Assembly (NCBI GenBank): GCA_963707385.1
Contig: CAVPPK010000002.1
Coordinates: 354,673 to 418,672 of the forward strand
Source of the DNA: an uncultured bacterium
Lineage (GTDB): Bacteria > Actinomycetota > Actinomycetes > S36-B12
Reading direction: 5' to 3'
DNA length: 64,000 bases
Positions 29,461 through 38,141 of this stretch are shown piece by piece (within the stretch, counting starts at the first letter, position 1; the number at the start of each line of letters is the position of its first letter). The translations under genes were made by a program, and so were the position numbers. The notes beneath the pieces were generated by a model. That model was given only the letters and a program-made list of their open reading frames with translations, was not told where the DNA came from and made no database searches.

Positions 29461-30475
29461 GCCACGCCCAACGCCTGGCGGCTACCACCCGAAGTGACCT
29501 CCGTCGACCGTCAAGGGTCCGCTCGGTCGTCTCCACCCACCAGTCGAAGGTGGCGCTGTAGTCCGAGGGATCCGACGCGTCCGGAGCCTTCCAGCAGGCG
29601 TACTCGGCGAAGGCGGCCAGGAGGGCGAGCCGGACCGTGCGGTCGTCGGCCGTACGGCCGGCCAGTTCCGCCCAGTCGCTGACGATCTCGTCGTTCGTCG
29701 CCCCGATGAGCCAGTCGTTCTGGATCAGGTAGATGGCGAAGTCGAAGTCACCGGGCGCTTCGCAAGCCATGGCGAAGTCGAGCATGATGACGCGACCGTC
29801 GGCGAGTCCGAGGTTGGCGAGGGACAGATCGGCGTGCGTCATGGTGCGCTCGCGTTGCGTGAGATCCGCGGCGAGGTGTGCGGGCGCGGTGTGGATGGAC
29901 TGCACGGCCTCGCGAACCCGGGGCGGTGCGGCCTCGTCGAAACGTGGCCACGCCTCGACGGCGTAGGACGGAAGCGGGTTCGCGCCGCCGATGAAGGGTT
30001 CCATCGAGGCAGTCGAGAACAGCGCCAGGTGCGTCTCCAGCGGGCACAGCTCGCCTGGCAGGGAGTCGACGAAAGCCGAGTGCAGATCGCGCATCGCCGC
30101 GAGCACGCGGCGGCTGTCGTCCCTCGAGATCCGTTGCCCCTCCGGGACCAGGTGACCGGCGACGTCGGCCATGACCATGCGCCAGGCGGCCCCGTCCCTG
30201 TCCACGGCGATGACAGTGGGATCGATGCTCGCCGGAAGACGGTCGTAGACGCCGTCGAGGGCGAAGAGGAAGGCGCGTCCCGGGTCCGCCGTCGCGGCCA
30301 TGGCCAGGTCGTTGGCAGGGGTGCTCGACTTGAGGATGACGGTGCTGCCGTCGGCGAGCTGAAGTCGCTCCAGCACCGCACCCGAGTAGCCGGGGGCTAC
30401 CGGGTCAGTGAGCGGCTCGCGCCGGACGGCCGAGTCGATGATGTCGGCGACCGATGGCCCTGCATTCCCCGCCAT
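29393..30475 (-). CDS. Aminoglycoside-phosphotransferase-fold (APH/ChoK-like) kinase 1; 3' end uncertain
   Basis: Brenner motif HADLSLANLG and DFAMACEAPGDFD. The ORF end overlaps the cupin gene by 68 nt, so the true stop may be earlier (cta at 29482-29484 after a frame change). Confidence 0.75.
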   Translation of the reverse strand: MAGNAGPSVADIIDSAVRREPLTDPVAPGYSGAVLERLQLADGSTVILKSSTPANDLAMAATADPGRAFLFALDGVYDRLPASIDPTVIAVDRDGAAWRMVMADVAGHLVPEGQRISRDDSRRVLAAMRDLHSAFVDSLPGELCPLETHLALFSTASMEPFIGGANPLPSYAVEAWPRFDEAAPPRVREAVQSIHTAPAHLAADLTQRERTMTHADLSLANLGLADGRVIMLDFAMACEAPGDFDFAIYLIQNDWLIGATNDEIVSDWAELAGRTADDRTVRLALLAAFAEYACWKAPDASDPSDYSATFDWWVETTERTLDGRRRSLRVVAARRWAWLSPPRPCCAGRPPWCAPSRRSD

Positions 30476-30526
30476 GGCAGCAGGATCGACCGGATGACCG
30501 GCCCGGTCAAGGCCTCGGGGTCGTCG

Positions 30527-31081
30527 TCAGGACTGGTCGATGTAGCGGACGACGTCGGATCCGTCCCAGCCGTCGGCCAGGGCGGCCACCTTGTCGTAGA
30601 ACCCGCGCAGGTGCTCGCTGCCGACGTAGAGCTCGAGGATCCCACCGACGACGTGGCGGGCGTCGTGGAAGTGCACCTCCATGCCCGAGGACGACGTGAG
30701 CGACATCGTCAGCGGCATGCCCTGCTCGACGAGCGCGGCGCTGGCGGCCTCGAGGTCGTCGACGAAGCACGCGAAGTGGTTGACCTGGCCAGGCTGCTCG
30801 TGCTCGAGCACCTCCCGCATGCTGGCCGGCTCGCACTCGTGCAGCTGGATGATCTCGAGCATCACCGGGCCCCACTGGCCGAAGGCGGCGCTGTGGTCGT
30901 AGATCGCAGGCTCGCCGTTGTGGGTGGCGACCACCGCAAGGTGACGACGGACGAGGAAGGGACCGGCCCCGACGCGCTGGGCCCACTCGTGGCAGGCAGC
31001 CTCGAGATCGTCGACGCGATAGGCGATCTGGACGAGCCGCGCGGGCAGCGCGGACTGCCCAGGGTTGGCCGGATTCGGCAT
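30527..31081 (-). CDS. VOC (glyoxalase/bleomycin-resistance/extradiol dioxygenase) family protein, intact
   Basis: MPNPANPGQSALPARLVQIAYRVDDLEAACHEWAQRVGAGPF...VNHFACFVDDLEAASAALVEQG...HFHD. I prefer ATG 31081 over the ORF start at 31132. Confidence 0.8.
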   Translation of the reverse strand: MPNPANPGQSALPARLVQIAYRVDDLEAACHEWAQRVGAGPFLVRRHLAVVATHNGEPAIYDHSAAFGQWGPVMLEIIQLHECEPASMREVLEHEQPGQVNHFACFVDDLEAASAALVEQGMPLTMSLTSSSGMEVHFHDARHVVGGILELYVGSEHLRGFYDKVAALADGWDGSDVVRYIDQS

Positions 31082-31185
31082 GCGATCTCCCTCAGACGAG
31101 GTGGGCGGGAAAGTTACTGTACTCCGATGCAAGTTGTGTAGTCTTTGGTTCTCACCCGATGTGTGCGCGTGTCCAAGGAGTCGTC
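31082..31185. promoter_or_regulatory. Divergent control region (VOC operon / 31186 operon)
   Basis: GTTACTGTACTCC (31113-31125) is the reverse complement of GGAGTACAGTAAC, a variant of the island box. AAGGAG RBS precedes ATG 31186. Confidence 0.45.
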
Positions 31186-31401
31186 ATGGCCAAGGTGTAC
31201 AAGCACCCCATCTCCGGGTTCACCTACTCGGTCAACGAGGTCGGCCTCGTCCGGGTGGACGATCCCGCCACCGGTCGCTACGGGATCTTCGACGACAACG
31301 GCATCTGGTCCGAGGGCGAGATCGTCGACGTCGACCTGCAGGCGGCGGGCTGGGTCGGACGCACGCCCGAGGCCCGCGCCCTGCGCGAGGCCAACTCGTG
31401 A
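31186..31401 (+). CDS. Small hypothetical protein (71 aa)
   Basis: MAKVYKHPISGFTYSVNEVGLVRVDDPATGRYGIFDDNGIWSEGEIVDVDLQAAGW. Good RBS. The stop overlaps the next GTG (GTGA at 31398-31401). Confidence 0.45.
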   Translation: MAKVYKHPISGFTYSVNEVGLVRVDDPATGRYGIFDDNGIWSEGEIVDVDLQAAGWVGRTPEARALREANS

Positions 31402-32405
31402 CGCAGACGACCGCCGTCCTCCTCGACCGCCGACCCGTGGGCACCGCGGTCGCGGCGGCGCTGACGCTCGGGACGATCGACCTGCCCGCGCTCGCGCCGG
31501 GGCAGGCCCTCGTCCGCAACCAGTACATGAGCGTGGACCCGTCAACGCGCGGCCGCATGGATCCGGGTGAGAAGCAGTACACGACCAACTTCGAGATCGG
31601 CGGCCCCCTCGACGGGTCCGCGATCGGCGTCGTCGTCGAGTCCGCCTCCGACAGGCTTCCGGTCGGTGCGACGGTGCGGCACCGACTCGGCTGGCGCGAG
31701 CTCGCCGTCGTCGACGACGCGACCGCCACCGTCTGCGACCTCGCGAAGGCGCCGGCCGTCTCCTGGCTGAGCTCGATGGGCCAGACGGGTTTCACTGCCT
31801 ACGCAGGCCTGCTGCCCGTGGGACGGATCGCGAAGGGCGAGACCGTGTTCGTCACCGGCGCGGGCGGTGCCGTGGGCAGCATGGCCGGCCAGTTCGCGCG
31901 CCTGCTCGGTGCGGGTCGCGTCATCGGCAGCGCGGGCGGTGCGGAGAAGTGCGCGTGGCTGCTGGACGAGTGCGGCTTCGACCACGTCATCGACTACCGC
32001 AACGGCGACGTTCGCGCGGAGCTCCCGGTCGCGGCGCCCGACGGCATCGACCTGTTCTTCGACAACGTGGGCGGCTGGCAGATGGTGGCCGCGTTCCACA
32101 ACATGAAGATCCACGGACGCATCAGCATGTGCGGCGCTGTGTCGAACTTCGGCACCGCCGATCAGCCCTCGCTCAATGAGCTGATCGAGGTCGTGCTGCG
32201 GCGCATCACCATCCAGGGCTTCATCGTGCGCGACTACGAGGCGTTGCGCCCGGAGTTCGAGGAGCGCGTGAGCGGCTGGCTGGCGAGTGGTGAGCTGGTC
32301 GACCGCGCGACGATCTACGAGGGCATCGAGAACGCGGGGGCGGGGCTCGAGGGCCTGCTGAACGGCGCGAACCTCGGCAAGGCCCTGATCCGGCTGTCGG
32401 ACTGA
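31398..32405 (+). CDS. NADP-dependent oxidoreductase (MDR superfamily, leukotriene-B4-dehydrogenase/YncB-like), intact
   Basis: ALVRNQYMSVDPSTRGRM, TVFVTGAGGAVGSMAGQFARLLGA, GIDLFFDNVGG, C-terminus LNGANLGKALIRLS. Confidence 0.85.
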   Translation: MTQTTAVLLDRRPVGTAVAAALTLGTIDLPALAPGQALVRNQYMSVDPSTRGRMDPGEKQYTTNFEIGGPLDGSAIGVVVESASDRLPVGATVRHRLGWRELAVVDDATATVCDLAKAPAVSWLSSMGQTGFTAYAGLLPVGRIAKGETVFVTGAGGAVGSMAGQFARLLGAGRVIGSAGGAEKCAWLLDECGFDHVIDYRNGDVRAELPVAAPDGIDLFFDNVGGWQMVAAFHNMKIHGRISMCGAVSNFGTADQPSLNELIEVVLRRITIQGFIVRDYEALRPEFEERVSGWLASGELVDRATIYEGIENAGAGLEGLLNGANLGKALIRLSD

Positions 32406-32415
32406 GGGAGACCGC

Positions 32416-32809
32416 ATGGCCATCGACGTCGTCGACGCGACACTGTTCGCATCGCTGGAACCCGTCGCGCTGCGCGGGTCCTCATGCGGCAGATGCGGCG
32501 CGCACGTGTTCCCGGCGATGGGCTCATGCCCGATGTGCTCCGGGACCGATGTGACTGACGTGGCCCTGCCCACCGCGGGCACGGTCTGGTCATGGACGAC
32601 GCAGCACTTCGCGCCCAAGCCGCCCTTCCGCACCGACGAGTTCGCGCCGTTCAGCATCGGCTACGTCGATCTGGGTCCGGTGATCGTCGAGGGCTGGCTG
32701 GTGGGCCGCACCCACTGGACCATCGGCGAGCCGGTCCGTCTGGTGCTCACCAAGGCGTGGACCGACGGTGACACAGGTCGTGCACACCTTCGGCTTCGAG
32801 GCGGCGTCA
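32416..32809 (+). CDS. DUF35 OB-fold/zinc-ribbon protein (thiolase partner); one frame interruption near 32775
   Basis: Zn ribbon CGRCGAHVFPAMGSCPMCSG, then GTVWSWTTQHF...SIGYVDLGPVIVEGWL. The restored C-terminus VVHTFGFEAAS stops at 32807-32809, overlapping the next ATG. Confidence 0.75.
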
Positions 32810-33980
32810 TGAGCGCGGGCACGGACGCGATCTACATCGTGGGCGCAGCCCGCACCGAGTTCGGGCGGTACGACGGCGAGGACAACGAGCTCGCCGAGCA
32901 GGCAGTGCGAGGCGCCCTTGCCGACTGCGGCCTGTCGTGGACCGACGTCCAGTTCGCCGTGGGCGGCACCAACGGCGAGACCAAGCCCGACAATCTGGTC
33001 TCGCGGCTGGGCCTCACCGGGCTGCCCTTCGTCACCGTGAAGAACGGCTGCGCGACGGGTGGGGTGGCCCTCATGACCGCGCGCAACGGCCTCATCGCGG
33101 AGGATCTCGACGTCGCCTGCGTCGTCGGGTACGACAACCACGCGCGCGGCGCGTTCAACGCCTCGCCGGCCCGCTACGGGATCGGCGAGTGGTACGGCGC
33201 CACGGGCATGATGGTGACGACGTCGTACTTCGCGCTGAAGATCCAGCGGTACCTGCACGAGCACGGGATCAGCGAGCGCACCCTCGGGTATGCGTCCGAG
33301 AAGGCCTTCGACTACGCCACCGCGCACCCGTACGCCTGGCGCCGCAAGCCGGTGTCGGTGGACGACGCGATGGACGCCGACATGATCAACGACCCGCTGA
33401 CGCGCTTCATGTTCTGCTCGCCCGACGCCGGTGCGGTCTCGCTCGTCCTCGCCCGCGGGCGCTCGCGCCTTCGACCTGTGCGACACACCGATCCGGCTGG
33501 CCTCGGTGGCGCTGCGCGGCCGCCGACCCGGCTCCTTCGAGGTCTTCTCGCCCTGGCTGGCGCCCGGCGAGCGCACCAGCCCGTCCATCGACGCGGCGGC
33601 GGCGGCCTTCGCGGCGGCGGGCATCGCGCCCGCGCGACGTCCAGGTGGCGCAGCTGCAGGACACCGACAGCGGCGCGGAGGTGATCCACCTCGGCGAGAC
33701 CGGCCTGGTCGCGCACGGCGAGCAGGAGGCCGCGTACCGCAACGGCGACTTCGCGATCGACGGCCGGCTTCCGGTCAACACCGACGGCGGGCTGCTCGCC
33801 AACGGCGAGCCGGTCGGCGCCTCGGGGCTGCGCCAGGTGCACGAGGTCGTCCGCCAGCTCCAGGGGCGTGCCGACGGCAAGCAGGTGCCGGGCGGCCCGC
33901 GCATCGGATTCACCCATGTCTACGGAGCCCCGGGCATCAGCGCCTGCACGGTTCTCATGAACGAAGGAGCGACCCCGTGA
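32806..33980 (+). CDS. Thiolase-fold lipid-transfer (SCP-x/Ltp-type) protein; 2 frame interruptions
   Basis: MSAGTDAIYIVGAARTEFGRY, FVTVKNGCATGGVAL, INDPLTRFMFCSPDAGAVSLVL, LPVNTDGGLLANGEPVGASGLRQVHEVVRQLQGRA. Confidence 0.8.
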
Positions 33981-35232
33981 GCGATCTCGATCACGAGCAC
34001 CTCGAGGCGTGGCGCGGCGAGGTCCGCGCGTGGCTGGCCTCGATCGCGCCCGCCGCGCGCGGAGGAGGTCTTCGTCTGGGGCGAGGGCGATCCGCGGCTG
34101 CAGATCTTCCTGTCGATGAGCCACGACGAGGAGGTCGCCTACCTCGACCGGGTGCGCGAGTACCGCCGCCAGCGCTTCGACGCGGGCTACGGCGCGATCT
34201 CGCTGCCCGAGGAGTTCGGCGGAGCCGGGCTGCCGAGCGTCTACTCGGTGGCGTTCGCCGACGAGGAGCGCGAGTTCGCCGTCCCGCCGTCGTCCGAGAT
34301 CATCTCGGTCACGACCGGCCTCGTCGGCGCGGCGGTGAGCGTGTTCGGCACCGACGAGCAGCGCGAGAAGTACGCCAAGGCGTTCCTGCGCACGGACCTG
34401 CTGTGCTGCCAGCTCTTCAGCGAGCCGGGTGCCGGCTCGGACCTCGCGGGCCTGTCGACCAAGGCCGTCCGCGACGGCGACGACTGGCTGCTCACCGGCC
34501 AGAAGATCTGGAGCTCGAACGCCCAGTTCTCCGAGTACGGCTTCGTGCTGGCCCGCACCAACCCCGACGTCGTCAAGCAGGCGGGCATCACCGCCTTCCT
34601 CGTGCCGATGGACGCCCCGGGCGTCGAGATCCGTCCGATCCGCCAGATGAGCGGCCCGGCCTCGTTCAACGAGGTGTGGTTCGACGGCGCCCGCGATCCC
34701 GGACTCCATGCGGATCGGTGACGTCGACGCCGGCTGGAAGGTCGCGCAGGCGACGCTCGGCTTCGAGCGGACGTCGTCCGGCTCCGGTCACCGGCGCAAG
34801 GGCGGCACCGCCGCCGACCTCGTCGCGCTCGCCCAGCACCTCGGCCTGAGCTCGGACCCGGTGACCCGTCAGGAGCTGGCCGACGTCTACATCCGCACCC
34901 GCCTGCACGCGGCGATGGTCGCCAAGGTCGCGCGCGCCACCGCGTCCGGCGACAAGCCCGGACCGGCGGGCTCGCTCGGCAAGCTGCTCGCGTCCGACAA
35001 CCTCGTGCGCATCGGCAACGCGGCGTCGCACATGCTCGGGTCGGCGCTGGTGGCGGACACGGGGGAGTGGGGTCAGTTCGCCTGGGGCGAGCACGTGCTC
35101 GGCGCCCCCGGCTACCGGCTCGCGGGTGGCACCGACGAGATCCAGCGCAACATCATCGCCGAGCGGGTGCTCGGCCTGCCGGCGGAGCATCGCGCCGACA
35201 AGGCGCCGTTCTCGCAGCTCGCCAAGTCCTAG
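33977..35232 (+). CDS. Acyl-CoA dehydrogenase; 2 frame interruptions
   Basis: GTGA overlap start. CCQLFSEPGAGSDLAGLSTKAVRDGDDWLLTGQKIWSSNAQ, ITAFLVPMDAPGVEIRPI, GYRLAGGTDEIQRNIIAERVLGLP. Confidence 0.8.
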
Positions 35233-35239
35233 CCGTGCC

Positions 35240-35328
35240 GAGTTGACCCAGATGCTGGGCCAAATCGCCGGAATTCCGGGGGTTCTGGGTCAGTTCGGCG
35301 GAACTCGCCCAGATGCTGGGTCAAATCG
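35240..35328. repeat. Intergenic inverted-repeat element, GAGTTGACCC family, copy 1
   Basis: gagttgacccagatgctgggcc...ccggaattccgg...gcccagatgctgggtcaaatcgg. It fills the gap between two convergent ACAD genes. Related copies are at 60967-61168 and 63664-63772. Confidence 0.7.
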
Positions 35329-35335
35329 GTGGGGG

Positions 35336-36432
35336 CTACCAGGCGAGGAGGGTGGCGATGCGCTCGCGATGGAAGGCGCTGTCGCCGAGGAAGGCCGCGT
35401 CGTAGCGCGCTCGCCGGAAGTACAGGTGCGCGTCGTGCTCCCACGTGAAGCCGATGCCGCCGTGCAGCTGGATCGCCTCGGCCGTCATCGCGATGTAGGA
35501 GTCGGACCCCCAGGCCTTGAGGAGGGCAGCCTCGGCTGCGAGGTTCTCCGTCTCGCCCCAGGTCACCTTCTCGAGCCCTGAACGCGCCATCTCGACGAGC
35601 ATGAGGGCGTCGGCCATGCGGTGCTTGATGGCCTGGAAGCTGCCGATCTCGCGGTTGAACTGACGGCGCACCTTCACGTAGTCGAGGGTCATGTCGAAGC
35701 AGGCCTGGGTGCCGCCGAGCTGCTCAGCCGCGACCGCGAGCAGTGCGACATCGACTCCCCGGTCGATGGCCGACGCTCCTCCGCCTCCGGCAGTGAGCCG
35801 CACGGCCGGGGCATTGTCGAAGGTCACGGTGGCCGATGGGCGGGAGAAGTCCAGCGAGACGAGCGACGTCACCTGGGCATCAGCCGCCTCGACGACGAAG
35901 ACATCGATCCCGTCATCGGTGCGGGCCGCGACGACGAAGAGGGCCGCAGAGGCACCGAAGGGCACGAACCGCACGGTGCCCGTGACCGACGAGCCGTCGC
36001 TCGTGCACGCGACGCGCCTCGGCCGACCACAGGCCCCGGGCCTCGGTGATGGCTGGCGCGGCGATCTCACCGGCAGCGATCCGCTCGAGCACGGGCGCGG
36101 CCGCGTCGTCACAGCCCGCGAGCACCTGACCGCAGAGCACCGTGCTCGACACGAAGGGCACCGGGGCGAGCGTCGCTCCGAGCTCCTCCGCCACGGCCAG
36201 CAGCTCGGCCAGGCCGCCGAGGCCGCCCACGTCCTCGGGCAGGCCGACCGCGGCGAGGCCGATGTCCTGGGAGAGCAGGGTCCACAGGCCGGGGTCGATG
36301 CCGGTGTCGGAGCCCTCGAGCTCGCGGACCGCCAGCCGGGTAGCCGGCCGCCGAGGCCGCCTCACGAACCGTCTGCCGCAGCTCGAGCTGCTCGTCGCGG
36401 TCGAGCGTGCTCAACGGCAACTCGTGGCTCAT
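35336..36432 (-). CDS. Acyl-CoA dehydrogenase (second, convergent); 2-3 frame interruptions
   Basis: MSHELPLSTLDRDEQLELRQTVRE, LPEDVGGLGGLAELLAVAEELG, LDYVKVRRQFNREIGSFQAIKHRMADA, QLHGGIGFTWEHDAHLYFRRA. Confidence 0.75.
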
Positions 36433-36594
36433 GGCGCTCCGGGGGTGGTTTCCTTAGTGGACGAACAGTAAGTGTAGTCCGTGGGGGCGGCTTCGGCGGA
36501 AGAGTCGTGACCGAAGAGAGATCTTCCAACGAAGCAATAAAGTTGGACGTTCATGTAGATTGCGGGCATTGACCCCTGCTCGGAAGGCGGATCC
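36433..36594. promoter_or_regulatory. Divergent control region (ACAD / SBP-1) with two box copies
   Basis: GGACGAACAGTAAGTGTAGTCC (36459-36480) and TTGGACGTTCATGTAG (36543-36558). The segment gaccgaagagagatc is shared with the SBP-2 leader. Confidence 0.5.
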
Positions 36595-37902
36595 ATGCGC
36601 AAGTCCCTTGTCGCCGCGGTGCTCACGGCTTCGACCCTCCTGCTCGCGTCCTGCGCCATGCCGGCGGACGACCCGAACTTCGACCCCAACGCGGGTGTCA
36701 ACAACGAGGAGAACGCCGCCCTGGCATCGGCAGCGGCCGCCGACGTGGTCGCCATGGAGGACGGCCATGCTCGCGCCCGACCACGCTCGGCGTGGACTCC
36801 CCGTTGCCGGCCGCTCCCGCCGAGGGCGCGCGTCATCGTGAGCCTGACCGACGGCACCGAGTACGAGGCCGTCTTCGAGACGGCGCTCGCCGAGGCGGCG
36901 GGCGTCCTCGGCTGGACGGTCGAGAGCGTGGTCGTCGATTCAGCCGATCCGACCGCTGCCGCCACCGCGTTCGACGCGGCCCTCGCGGCTGGAGCCGGCC
37001 GGCATCCACTTCACGGGCGGCTTCTACGACGTCGCTGTCGGCGAGCCTGCCCGCTGCCGAGACGGCCGGCATCCCGGTCATCTGCACCGGCTGCTCGGGC
37101 GAGCCCGGCGGCGGCATCTCCGACACCAGCATCAACGGCACCGAGCAGAACATCGCCTGGGGGGCCGTCCTCGGGTCCTACGTGCTCGCCAACCAGTACG
37201 AGGGCGAGGACGCAGGCGCCCAGGTGTTCGCGCTTCCCGGCGGCGCCATGACCGACTTCAACCTGCAGTTGAGCACGACGATCATCGACCAGTGCCGGAA
37301 CTGCTCGGCCACCGAGTCCTTCGTCGACCCGACGTTCCTCGACCTGACCGATCCGGCGTCGGTGTCGTCCTTCGTCGTGGGCGAGATGTCCACGGCGCTG
37401 GGCTCATGGGCCGTCCTCGACAGCGGTGCGCTCTCCAGCGGGGTGGCCGACGCGCTGGCGACTGACCCCACGCTGCTGGCGCCGGTCGTCCTCACCGGTC
37501 GCGGGGCCTCCGCTGCCGACATCGCTGTCGCTCCAGTCGCTCGGGGGCGCCGCAGCCCCGGCGGGGGAGACGTCCGCCGAGGCGTCTGCCGAGGCGTCCC
37601 CGAGCCGTCGGCCGAGGGCGACGTCGCTGCCGAGGGTGAGGAGGCCGCCCCGGTCGGACGCACCGCCGAGGAGGCGGCCGCCCTGCAGGCCTGGATCGCG
37701 ATCCCGCAGCCAGTCATGGCCTGGCGGGTCGTCGACCAGTTCGCCCGGCATCATCGGCGGTGGCGAGCCGGTGGTGGCCCCGCTGCCCAGCCAGCTGCTG
37801 ACGGGGGCCAATGCGGCGGATGCCGTCGTGGACGAGAACGGCAACTTCATCGGCATCGCCGACTACAAGGAGCAGTTCACGGCGCTGTGGGGCGTCCAGT
37901 AG
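36595..37902 (+). CDS. ABC transporter solute-binding lipoprotein (sugar/PBP1-type), paralogue 1; about 5 frame interruptions
   Basis: Signal peptide with lipobox MRKSLVAAVLTASTLLLASC. GIPVICTGCSGEPGGG, NIAWGAVLGSYVLANQYEGEDAGAQVFALPG, and C-terminus GIADYKEQFTALWGVQ parallels the SBP-2 ending GVKDFQAQFKRVWGIK. Confidence 0.7.
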
Positions 37903-37914
37903 TCCGAGCGCATC

Positions 37915-37952
37915 GACGAGGGGTCCCGGCCAGACGGCCGGGACCCCTCGTC
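37915..37952 (+). terminator. Intrinsic terminator after SBP-1
   Basis: Perfect 17-bp stem GACGAGGGGTCCCGGCC / GGCCGGGACCCCTCGTC with a 4-nt loop, followed by catttgg. Confidence 0.8.
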
Positions 37953-37959
37953 CATTTGG

Positions 37960-38141
37960 CGCCGAACTAAAGCCGGACTCCAGTTTCTCCGTGAGGGGAC
38001 ATCCGCCTGTCCCCCGACCTACCCCGGCATTCGTGACAGGAAAGTGACCAGAAAGTGACCAGAAACCCTTCCCATTCCTAGGACGTGCATGTACTTTCAG
38101 GGGGCTCGGGTTCAACTGACCCTCGACCGGAAGAGAGATCC
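37960..38141. promoter_or_regulatory. Structured control region upstream of SBP-2
   Basis: GGACTCCAGTTTC (37975-37987). Hairpin GGGGACA/TGTCCCC (37995-38014). Tandem 11-mer aaagtgaccag x2 (38041-38062). TAGGACGTGCATGTAC (38079-38094). Confidence 0.5.

Noticed and set aside
38041-38062. Tandem direct repeat, considered as a possible CRISPR or VNTR
   Set aside because: There are only two 11-bp units with no spacers, so it is not a CRISPR array. I treat it as part of the SBP-2 control region.
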